Shown here: piece after piece, positions 1-10,100 of the stretch
How the letters are laid out: each line of letters starts with the position of its first letter
How positions within the stretch are numbered: the first letter of the stretch is position 1
NCBI GenBank assembly: GCA_019637975.1
Contig: JAHBUR010000004.1
Coordinates: 32,209 to 96,208 of the forward strand
Direction of reading: 5' to 3'
DNA: 64,000 nt
DNA from: Bacteroidota bacterium
GTDB taxonomy: Bacteria; Bacteroidota; Ignavibacteria; UBA10030; UBA6906
Made by a program: the position numbers and the translations under genes
The notes under the pieces: generated by a model
What the model was told of the DNA's origin: nothing
The model's input: the letters and a program-made list of their open reading frames with translations, nothing else
The model's database searches: none

Positions 1-549
1 TCCGACTTTCTTCGGTACGGCCTTTCCCTTGTCGTTCTGCTCAACGATGTAATCCATTTTTGAACGCATGGTTGCAATGACGTGGAGCTTCGAGCGAATC
101 ATCGCCTCGACGAACGCGTTATGCTTCGGTGTGAGCTTACGCCATGCGGTAAAGCTGTTCATACCGCCATCGGCGAGCTTGCCTTGCGTATCGAGCAAGC
201 CTCCCTCCCCGGCCCACGCGTGCGAGATGCTGTCAAGAATCAGCACGGCATAGTTTCCCTGCTCGGCAGCTTTGATGGCGTTGATGTATTTGTCAATATC
301 GAACGGCGGTTCGATGTTCAACACATCGAAATCGATCCGGTCAGCGTAGAGGACGCTGGAGTTGTTCTCGGTATCGATAAGCGCAAGTCTCCCGCCGTTC
401 GGCGTAAGTCCACCGGCAATCTTGAGTGCAGTCAACGTCTTGCCTGAACCCGACGGACCGGAGAGACCGATGCGGGCTTTCTTGGTGACATACTGTGCCT
501 TCTTGAATTGAAGGATGGAGGGTTTGGGGAATGTGGTTGGGGTGTTCAT
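1..549 (-). CDS. AAA_24/Sak4-like phage-type ATPase; C-terminal part beyond the window start
   Basis: Reverse-strand ORF not in the track because it runs off the edge. ATG at 549..547 preceded by GGAG. Translation begins MNTPTTFPKP... and contains the Walker A GPSGSGKT and a hydrophobic-D (VLILD) Walker B-like segment. Confidence 0.55.
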   Translation of the reverse strand, partial: MNTPTTFPKPSILQFKKAQYVTKKARIGLSGPSGSGKTLTALKIAGGLTPNGGRLALIDTENNSSVLYADRIDFDVLNIEPPFDIDKYINAIKAAEQGNYAVLILDSISHAWAGEGGLLDTQGKLADGGMNSFTAWRKLTPKHNAFVEAMIRSKLHVIATMRSKMDYIVEQNDKGKAVPKKVG

Positions 550-564
550 GGTGGTGCTCCTTTG

Positions 565-598
565 ATTAAGGTTGAGGATTAGGTTAAGGTTGAGTTGC
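565..598 (-). repeat. AACCTT-like hexanucleotide tandem repeat in a 5' leader
   Basis: Plus strand reads ttaaggttgaggattaggttaaggttgag, immediately upstream (minus sense) of the RBS of the AAA ATPase gene. Confidence 0.6.
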
Positions 599-611
599 AG
601 AGTCCAGTTGG

Positions 612-1118
612 TTAGAAGCTTACTTGAAGCGTGACTCCACCTGAAAGAAACTTTGCCGGATAGATTGGTTCGCCGGATTCATCCTTCATGGGATCGGTGA
701 TGCTTTCAAGGAACTTCTTGCGGGCTTTCAGCTGTGCATCGATCTCTGCCTTCTTCGCTTCGAGTTGGGTAACGAGCCTGTCGTTATACTCGAACTTCTT
801 CGGCAACTGCTTGAGTTGTACCCGTGCGCCAAAGATTTCGCAATTGGAATCGTGCACGTCAACGATTGCATGCTCTTTGACCTGTGCGCACGCGATCTCG
901 AGGATTTCAATCACGTTGCGGATGCGGACAAAGGCCTCGAGCGAGGATTGCTCTTCGAGCAGCCGGCTGATCAAGTGTGTCGCATACTCCGTGAACTGCG
1001 GTTTTGGTACAACTCGCCGAAGTATTGCGACCTGGTCGGTTTCGATGAGTTGCGGTCCTGCAACCTCGGCAGTTGCGATATCCTGAAAGAACTCATCGTG
1101 GTGGTTGGTGTTGGGCAT
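612..1118 (-). CDS. hypothetical protein, likely phage-derived
   Basis: 168-aa ORF with a strong RBS (AGGAGG, rc of cctcct at ~1123-1128) upstream of the ATG. It sits in a co-oriented block with the AAA ATPase. No recognisable motif. Confidence 0.5.
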   Translation of the reverse strand: MPNTNHHDEFFQDIATAEVAGPQLIETDQVAILRRVVPKPQFTEYATHLISRLLEEQSSLEAFVRIRNVIEILEIACAQVKEHAIVDVHDSNCEIFGARVQLKQLPKKFEYNDRLVTQLEAKKAEIDAQLKARKKFLESITDPMKDESGEPIYPAKFLSGGVTLQVSF

Positions 1119-1130
1119 GGTGTCCTCCTA

Positions 1131-1170
1131 GGGTTAAGGTTAAGGTTAAGATTGAGGTTTAGGTTTAGTG
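1131..1170 (-). repeat. AACCTT-like hexanucleotide tandem repeat in a 5' leader
   Basis: Plus strand reads agggttaaggttaaggttaagattgaggtttaggtttag, directly upstream of the AGGAGG RBS of the 612..1118 gene. Same motif as 565..598. Confidence 0.6.
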
Positions 1171-1400
1171 TTTGTACACGCAGCTTCTGCGGCGGCGTTG
1201 CGTTGGGCGATTTTTGCATACCGGCGCTTGCGGTCTTCCCGGTATTCCTGCTCGGTGGCAGGGCAGACTTTGTTTTTCGCAATGGAGACAACAGTAGAAT
1301 GGAACGTGACATATTGAATGGTGTCGCCGTTGTCGCGATAGAAGAAGCCGAGCACAGTTTTGCCTGATATGCGCTTGATGGGTTGATAGGGTTTGAACAT
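1146..1400 (-). CDS. small hypothetical protein (~84 aa from the internal ATG)
   Basis: ORF 1146..1496; the internal start MFKPYQPIKR at 1400 is more plausible than the upstream start. Co-oriented with its neighbours. Confidence 0.35.
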   Translation of the reverse strand: MFKPYQPIKRISGKTVLGFFYRDNGDTIQYVTFHSTVVSIAKNKVCPATEQEYREDRKRRYAKIAQRNAAAEAACTNTKPKPQS

Positions 1401-1436
1401 TGTTGCACCTGTTGTTGCTGAGACCGCCGCCGCCGA

Positions 1437-1660
1437 TAAGCGCCCCCGAAAAAGAAAAGGGGAAAAGAAAAAGCGGGGGTTGTGGCACAACGGCAAACGA
1501 AAAAGGCAAGGGCGCGTTTACGACGACCGCCGGAGCGAAGCGCAGGCGGGCGGAGTGCGTTCACTTTACCCTTGCCTTTTTCCTCCTGAGCACTAACTAA
1601 GATGTTTGCCGTTGTATCTTGCGCCGCTTTTTCTGCTTTTTCCCCCTTTTCATTTTTTGC
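1437..1660. repeat. long imperfect A-tract palindrome (nested inverted repeats); candidate origin or regulatory region
   Basis: Left arm gcgcccccgaaaaagaaaaggggaaaagaaaaagcggggg pairs with the rc of right arm gcgccgctttttctgctttttcccccttttc. Inner pairs are acaacggcaaacgaaaaaggcaagggcg with cccttgcctttttcc...tgtttgccgttgta. Confidence 0.55.
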
Positions 1661-2660
1661 TTGGGGGCGATCCATACGGGGAAATTCCAAAGTGGTTGAT
1701 CGTTGATGGTTCAGAGTTGATGGGGTGATGACCGGGGATGGAAGACGGAAAAAGGGGTGACGCTTGAGGGCAGACGTCGGACGTCAGCGTCAAGGGGCTT
1801 GGCGTGACTTTGGTGTGAAACTGATCGTCTATCGAAATATCAATGAGGCGGCGGCCAAAGGCATGCCAAGCCTATAACATGCTGAGGGCCGCAAGTACGC
1901 CGAGCGAAGTGATGAGGGAGGCGTTCTTGCTCATGGCTTCTTGTGGGAAAGGCGGCAGTATGTGACCCGCAGTGAATCGATTCATTTTCAACAACTCACT
2001 CGCGGGCACTTTCTGCCGCCGTGCGGCTGGCCTCGTGCCAGCAACGTTGTGGCGGTTCATTCAGTGCAGTTTGTGTGACGGGAATGAGACGAAACTATGT
2101 TGCAACAGGGTCTTTGGAGAAGCGGCAGGATATTTAGGGTTGAAGCTATATCCTTATAGATGATCTTGAGATGGCAACACGCTGCCGCTGTGCACGGGGA
2201 TATATGCGCACGCACGCGCAAAGACCTTTTTCATGGCTTAGCAATGTTTGCACACTTACTATGTATTATGGAGTAGGCTGTGCATCAATGACTCAGTGGG
2301 CCCCTTCCCGTTGCAGGTAACTTTGTGGCGGCGTGCCATTCTTAACTTCAATGTTTCGGAGCACGGCAAGACGACACAAATTTGCTCCAGAGGAGCTTTG
2401 GGAGAGGATGCTTGGTGCAACCGATGTCGTCGTCTTTTTGTCAGCGAATTGTGACAGTCTATCTGTGGTTGGATTACTATCAATGAGCTCGACGAAGTGT
2501 AGCGGAATACGAAGGCAGGTGTTCTTGTAGAAGGTTTGGGAAGAGGCGGCTTTATCCGTCTTGAGTTTTATGAGCAAACGGGATTGCTCAACTCTGAGTC
2601 GACCAATTCCAATGAGACGGCCCTTGATCTGTGTCAAGCCAAGGTGAGGCAGCAGAATCT

Positions 2661-4109
2661 TTACTTACGTACCTCCTTGTTCTTTGCATTCAAGGCTACG
2701 GAGAGCTTCTCAGCCAGAGTATATCCAGTTTTCGGAATCTTGTGGCGGTCGCGGTGATTTTTGCATGCTCTTGCGTGCAGACGGTAAAACAAACAAGACT
2801 CACCGGTACAAGTGTCATTCGGGCAATAGTCGATAGGCATTTTCTCTAGCCATTCAATTTCGGTTAGAGCGATGCCAAGTAAGTTGTTCATTTGAATCTT
2901 GCTTGGAATAAAATCCTTCGCTTTGGGTGACCCACAAATTAAGAGACTGTCGGAGGGATGAAGAAACCACTTATGCATCATGCCCGGCAACCTTAGTCGT
3001 TGATAATCGGGGGTGGTCTTTTCTTCGATACATTCAGCTATGCGAACTTTTTCAGCCAGGCTCGGCATCGAGAACTTGTTAAGCGGTCCCCTACGGTTTA
3101 ACAAAAGAGAAGTTGCACCGGAGAAACCATCGCGGTAGATAATTAGATCCGCATGCACACGAAATCGTGCTGCTTTGATGACCATCCCATTTGTGGACAC
3201 TACACTAGCGATGCTTACATTCCTGACCTTGTGAACGATTCCTCTATTGTCAAATTCTTCCAAGGCATTTGCCCACTGTTTTTCTCTTTCCCAAATTGCA
3301 TCCAACCAAAAATTAAATGTTCCAGTAATGCGCTCTTGATTGCCTTCTTCGCGAAACATCAGACCAGCAAGCAACGCGGGCAAAGAGACCATTTCATCTA
3401 AGGGATCTGGAGAGAAAGCAATTTCTGGATTCTCAATCAGTCGACGGTGCAATTCACGAATGGTAACCAAGGTTGGTTCTGCACTTCCAACCACTGAACC
3501 TCGGTCAAGCAGATATTTCCCTATCAATTCCTTCAGCAACAATCTGCTGTCTGGAGCATTCTGTGAATCTGTTTTTTCTTTTCTCTCTAAATACAATGTG
3601 ATAACCTCCAATACGTTCATACCCTCATGTAAGAGGCGGTACGAATCGGAACCGTAGAGCAATTGGAGACCACTGAGAATAGTCGGCAGTGTTCCTAAAT
3701 GGTGGACATAATCTCTAGAGCGGATGCTTTGCCCGGTGGTATCCTGCAGGCGTGTATACTGAATTAGACTTCGCCAGGCTGGATCGTCGCTTATGCCAAC
3801 CATCTCCGCTGTGAGATCTGCCGCGCAGCGATCTTGTTTTTCTTTAGTGACTTGATTCTCAACGGGATGCGAGTCCAGCCGCCCGCCACCAACGTCGACT
3901 GCAAGTATGCCTTCTTTTTCCAATTCCTCAGACGACTTTCCTTCAGGGAGCTTTCCGGCAGGGCAGAACGCAATATCTGCCGTTCGCGCACCCGGAAACT
4001 GCGCTTCGCCAAAACGGCGCAGGACAAGTGTGGAGAGCATAGCATCAAGATCCGGGGACTCATGAGTGAGAATACACCTTATGGGAATCGGTCTCATTTG
4101 TTTGCCCAT
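2661..4109 (-). CDS. DHH-superfamily-like phosphoesterase (482 aa) with an uncharacterised C-terminal half
   Basis: N-terminal motifs are consistent with DHH motifs I-III: THESPDLDAMLS (HxxPDxD..S), ILAVDVGGG and RLDSH (degenerate DHH). The start codon abuts the stop of the giant ORF, with 1 nt between them. Confidence 0.45.
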   Translation of the reverse strand: MGKQMRPIPIRCILTHESPDLDAMLSTLVLRRFGEAQFPGARTADIAFCPAGKLPEGKSSEELEKEGILAVDVGGGRLDSHPVENQVTKEKQDRCAADLTAEMVGISDDPAWRSLIQYTRLQDTTGQSIRSRDYVHHLGTLPTILSGLQLLYGSDSYRLLHEGMNVLEVITLYLERKEKTDSQNAPDSRLLLKELIGKYLLDRGSVVGSAEPTLVTIRELHRRLIENPEIAFSPDPLDEMVSLPALLAGLMFREEGNQERITGTFNFWLDAIWEREKQWANALEEFDNRGIVHKVRNVSIASVVSTNGMVIKAARFRVHADLIIYRDGFSGATSLLLNRRGPLNKFSMPSLAEKVRIAECIEEKTTPDYQRLRLPGMMHKWFLHPSDSLLICGSPKAKDFIPSKIQMNNLLGIALTEIEWLEKMPIDYCPNDTCTGESCLFYRLHARACKNHRDRHKIPKTGYTLAEKLSVALNAKNKEVRK

Positions 4110-4110
4110 T

Positions 4111-7100
4111 TCATCTTATCAAGTATTGGTGGACGGATATCCCTGACTTGAGGAATAAATCTCGGCTATTGAGTGTGTCCGGCGGCTCCATGCGACCAGT
4201 GCGATTGTCTAGGAAATTCTGCAAAAGGAGAGTTAGGAATGACGGTGATGACCGCCGAGCCTCTAACAAGTAGCTTAGTGAACCGTAATCTCTTAGCGCG
4301 ACTGCTAGCCCTGTTGAAAAAATGATCGAATTTGAGTCGGATTCACTTTCGGGATGATAAGAATTGCAATATTTCTTTAAGAGGTCGACGAGGTTGTCAA
4401 ACCAGGCTTCCTCACTGGGCCTGCCAGTAGGTCGTTCGTGCAACCGCCCAGCCAGAAAACTCATGCACAGCCTTAGCACTTCGATACGCCGTCGCCAAGC
4501 TCGGTCTTCTTCCACAGATCCGAGATGATAGCCTGCTTCCTCAAGATGTTCTTGGACCTTTTCTTCGTTTTGCGAAACAAAATAGAGACACGCAAGCAGA
4601 TAATGGAGCCGACCGACTTTCAATGTTGGTTTTGTTTTGACTTCACGAATCCAGTTTTCAATCGTATCGACGGTGCTGCCTAATTCTCCTGGGATGTATT
4701 GCTCAAGGGGATTTGTTGCTCTTCCCATTGTAGCAACAGCGTGATTCTCCATATCTTGTTTCCAATCCGGCCAATACGGCTGCAAGAACAATTCGAAGTG
4801 ACTACCAAGGCGTTGGACAACCTCCTCAACAAGTTGAGTATAATCCATATCGGCGCCGCTTCGTCTGGCGGCAATGATGCGCCCGAGACCCGCATTCAGT
4901 GATTCTGGAATTCTCTCGTGTGTGTAGTTGACCATAGCATAGATCACTTTCCAATCTATGGAGTGTTCTTGATGGGATCGGTGAATATCTGCATACTCCT
5001 CAACGGACAAAAAATACTCTATTGCAGCAAGAAGCACCAGTGGATCCTGATCCTCACGATAAAGCTGCGGGTTCATTATGATTCTTGCTGTTCCCGACAG
5101 GAATGACGACCAATCATCCCGTGAAGCTTCCGGGATGACAGCAAACAGATGCAACTGTCGCAAGGGTGCAGCCAAGAAACGCGCTACAGCTGTCGCTGTT
5201 GTGCTATTAATTGGAACAAAGAGTTCTGACAGTTGGCTTCCAAAGGCCAGCCAGTCGTATTCTGAGTGCTTCGATTGTTTGCGACGATCCCAGAGATTTG
5301 TCCAAACCAATTCGGCCCATGCCGGAAAAAATTTACAGCATGTGTCCCAAGCCACTTGTTTACGATGAATCATTGAACTTTGACTGCGTACTGATAAGTG
5401 CCTCTTCTTCCCGATCATGAACTGGCTCAGACGTACCTCATCTCCAGTCTCTAAGGGTTCGTGAAATTCACTCTTGACGTAGTTCATGGCAACCATACCA
5501 TACGATTGCTCGTAACGCACTAATAAACAGTCTGGATGTTTAGAAACAATTTTGGCCACGAAGGTTTCGTTTCGTCCAGCATCGTCAAATGTTGGTACAC
5601 GGCTCAAGAGGATCCTTCCTTCTGAGGGACTCCATTCACGAAGAACGCAGCTAATGGCCATATTCTTCTGCAGCTTGCCTTTTCCGAAATAGCCATAAAT
5701 CAGCTCGTCGTACAGAATGAAAGTGACAAATCCAGGAAATTGTATGAATGCACCTTCTGCACAGGCTCGCTTGACAATTCCAGGTAGTAGAGATGCCACA
5801 CCAAAAGTTTGAACTCTTTCACTCAAATATTGATCGTAGCTTACTTCAATCGTGCGATCAGCGGCAGTGATCAGCACAGGGATTTCAAGGTTCTTCAAGT
5901 TGTCAAGGTTAATGTTGTTTCTCGAGAGACACTTGGCTTCTTGATTTGGCAAGAAGCCTGTCAAAGCGGCGTCTTCTTCGAAAACCACGCGATAACCATT
6001 TTCAAGAATCTCCTCTATTCGCACTCTTGCCAACCTACCAGTTCCCCGAACCGCGTCTTCCTTGACCTCATGCTGCAACCCGACCTCCACCCGAGTGATT
6101 TGAAAGACCCCATGTTCGCTATAGCGCAAGCCTTCATGCGCAACCATCAATCGCCCATGTAAGCGATCCCCGGGCTTAAGCCAAAGAAAGCTGCTGCGTT
6201 GTTCCGCAGGAAGCGCGCTGAGTTGAAGCAAAAGTCGTTCTTCTATCTTCTTATGGTTTGTGTAAAACACAGAGAAATAGTTTCTACTAATTCCCCACTT
6301 TTCGAAAACGAAAGAAGCGTCTTTAATATAGCCCTCACGATTAGGGTGAGGCGGTTGAGCGCTCTGTAAGAAGATCTTCCAGAGCCAGCCATCACGAAGG
6401 AACATTTCAATTTCCAACCGAAAGGAAATATTGTCGAATCTTACGACATGCGCGATGATGCGATCGCCACGGCGCAGATCTTTGATTCTCTGCGGACGGT
6501 CGAAGCGCGATAGCGGAATGCGATAGTTCATTCCTGGGACACGTTCAACAAGGATAGGTTCGTCAGACTTCGCAGTGTCTTGAAGCATCGTGAACACCAG
6601 ACGTTTTTCGTTGGGGTTTTCTAAAAAGAACTGATCCAATTCCCCCACTTCCCGCGGAGTACTTCCGGTCAGAGAAAGCTTGGAGGAATTATCGTGCTTA
6701 ACCAAAATTGCGCTATGCCATTCTCCGACATTAAAATTGAGGGTGCCGGGATGCATAACCGGATGCATCGGGCGAGTCAAGCCGAAGAGTGACAACGATG
6801 AGTTGGAAGTAAGATCAGGGAACTTGAGATTTCCTACAGGTCCGTTTGCGGGTCGAACTCGCCAACCGGTGTTGTTACCTTCAGGAACGAGAAGCTGGAT
6901 CTCAATCTCGTATTTTTGGTGCTTATCACTATCCCAAATGCGGAAAACGAAGGCTTCCTGCTCTTTATCAAAGTGTCCGAAAACTACGGAAAAAATATCC
7001 TGATCGGATACTTTTTCCGTCAAGATCTGAGCATCCTCGAGTGCTAGGAAAGCCTGAACATGCTGCAATTGGATGTGCCTTTTCGCAGCTTCTCCCAAGA

Positions 7101-10100
7101 ACCTAATCCGCCATTTTTCTCTCTCATTTGAGAGATGGCAACGAAAGACATGGTTTCTTAAGCTATTGAGTGTTTCGCTTAGTGAACGAACGGGCAGAGC
7201 TCGAAGGACCAGCTTGTTGTTATCAGAGAACGCAAAACTGAACATTCCGTCAATGAATTTCCAATTGAAGTATGATCGACGTTGACCCGGAGTGATTAGT
7301 ATATCATCGACCGAAACCCTGCATATGACCAGAGTAGCTGTCTCAAAAATATACGAGCGATTGTCCTCTGAAATCCTGATGAGGCATGCTTCGCCCTTGT
7401 CAATACCAAACTCCGCATTGAGCTTTCCGTTGCGATTGAGGTTCTGAGGAATGCCCTGACAGAGACTGAGTTTCACGAGTTTCTTCTCTGTATCGACACC
7501 CATGACACGAAAGCCACGCACGAGATTCCGATTAGCCCGGGATTGATAGTACTGGTAATCGCGTCGTGATACAACATGTGAGATATCTCTATAGGGCACC
7601 AAGAAAGTAATATCGCTATCGTAATTCCAAGACTTAATCCGAAGCCCGTCTTTTCCAGCAGACTGTACTCTCCCCCAGACGTTGAAAAACTCATTCTTCG
7701 TCTTCTCTTTTAGAATCGAGTCTATTCCAGGGACGGTGGTGCTATCAGCAACTGGAACGAGATCTCCATGGAGCTTTGGAATACCGGATGAACAACTCAT
7801 CCAAATTCGCTCGGCTCGGACATCAATCCGCGCCCGCGTTCGATAGTGTGAACCGCCGCCAACTAGTCTTCCGTTCATAGATCGGATCCCTGGAGGCGTG
7901 ACTCTCACCAGCCCGTCTTCTGATATCACAAGTCCTTTCAGTGGCTCTTCTTGTGCAAGGATGCTCCTAATGCCGCCACTTTGGACTTGGAGATTATGCA
8001 CAAGAAGAACGCGGTTCAGCTCGCGACCAGGTTTAAGACTCACCGCATCGCCTGCATAAAAATGAGTACGCCCGAAATCCTCGAAGCATTGACGCGCTAT
8101 CCGCAAGCATATGCCGGGTTTTCGTTCGATCCAAACGTATCGGTCATATCCCTTTTCCTGATAACCAATGTAGATGCCGTTTGCCGGCAGCTTCAGCCGC
8201 TCAACTGACTGTATAGTTTCTTCGGGACTATCGAGAAGTAGAGAAAACTCCATTTCTCCTCTTTTTTCATTTTTCCCAACGTAACGAGCCTCCACGACAG
8301 TATCGCACGGAAAATCCTGAATCGTGATTTTCGGATTGTACGCAAGTTGGTCTTCATTAATTACGAAACTTTCGCGCGTCGTCCAATGCGATAGATTCAA
8401 CCAATTTCTCCAGTCATCTCTAGACGAACCGATGACTTTGAGATGGTACCAATCACCCACTTCGAATTTACGGAATTCATCTATGAGGGGGATAACCAGA
8501 GGGACACTCTCTCGGTAGCCTATGATCTTGGCTCGAAGCTTCAGAACCTCATCAATCTCCCCAAGATGCAACAGCATCTCGGAGTCGACCTTATCCCACT
8601 CTAAGATTGCAGGAACTGGCCGTTCCTCAAATTGAGGCTCGATGATTTCTACTGTTTGTGGTTTATCGGACCAAGGTTTTGAAGGCTGAGCAATAATGGT
8701 GACGCGAGCTTCAAGTTCGAACTTCCCATGCAGATCATAGCGATAAGGTGCTATCCGTCTAAGCTTCAACACACACTCACCCTGCTGCTGCCAAGGGCGA
8801 TTGTCCCTTTGGTTCACTTGAGGCAAGAGCCATTGGGCCTCGAACGTCTCGCCACATTTTGGGGGATAGGCTGTGAGCAGCGGATGATAGTTGAATTCAT
8901 CCTTGTCCACCATTCTCTCCGCGCTAAGCTTACAAAGAGTTCCAGGACGTACAAAATGGTCGGGATAGTCTGATTCAGGTAAGGAAGTATGTACTTCAAA
9001 AAGTAGATCATTCTTGTCGAGATTAACAAAGGTCAGTTTGAAAGGAGCCGTTCCAAAAAACATGGCCAATTTTTCAGCGCCCCAAACAGGTTTGCGCCGC
9101 TTGAAAGAGAAGATAACCTTTGCACCTTCGGCAGGTCGAACAAGGCAAATCTTGATCCGCTCTTGTCGTTCCTCCAGGAGTTTAATTACTTCAAGCGTAT
9201 TCTGCAAATTTGCCCAAGAAACCTCTTCCCTTGAAACCTCGAATGGCAAATGTCCACACAACACTCGAACATTGCCTTCCAGATTGATTGCATCAAGAGC
9301 GACTTCCATTTCGAGGTTATCCCTCACGTTGAGCAAAACTTCTTTTAGCGAAGCTATGAGCGCTCTCTTTGAGAGAATCAGGTCACCCGCCTGTTCGCGA
9401 CCAGCGACCATGAACAAATGAAGTTGGCCTAGATTACCTAGCTTTTCCGTTTGTGTTTCACCGATCTCAGGCTCCGACCAGATCCCTTTGGGATAGCTTG
9501 CGCCTAAGTCGACAATGAACTTCTCGCCAGAGTTCGTTTCGCACAACCGTTCGATGCTTCCCAGCACACAATCCCCAACACAAATTTGTTTGTTGCTTTG
9601 AGGTTCTGTGTTAAGATGTAAGTTCTTGATTTTGTCAGCTATGGCTGAGGGGAAATCGGCTCTATTCGTCACTACACGCCACACATTCCGCAAACCCATG
9701 ACCGGAGATGCAAAAACCACATTCCGATGGTGATGCAAACTTTCTTGAGTGAGTAGTTTAACAGTGCCACCTTCAGCAGTGCCTACCAAGGTTTCCTCGA
9801 AATCAAGCTGGGCTAGGGCACTTGCGAGTCTCGAACTGACTGCCTCGGACTCGCCAGTGCGATCCGATTGCCCTTCTGGGGGAAATGGCAAATGATGTTC
9901 ATTGGCGAATTGGGACGCACGTAGCAAGCTCAGCCACGCGAACTTGGACAGTTCCGCATCTGTAAGCTCTGTTTCGCCACGCAACTCTTCATATAGATAA
10001 TACGCAGCTTCTCCGCTCAGGTGCTGACGCACATATTTGTTGAGTCCCCCATAGAGAAATCCGTAATGAGAGTTGGTACGCTCATCTTGGAGCATGCACC

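Noticed and set aside
82-447. 121-aa plus-strand ORF at the window start
   Set aside because: It is antisense to the Walker-A-containing AAA ATPase reading frame, which has a clear RBS/ATG at 549 and a recognisable motif.
765-1367. 200-aa plus-strand ORF antisense to the 612..1118 and 1146..1400 genes
   Set aside because: It overlaps two better-supported minus-strand genes that have RBSs. There is no start context, and its composition is that of an antisense frame.
1700-2660. Search for a tRNA/tmRNA gene or att site in the gene-free regions (1700-2660 and 16500-17280)
   Set aside because: I could not fold any convincing cloverleaf with a GTTC/T-loop and acceptor stem by eye. This needs tRNAscan/ARAGORN to be definitive.
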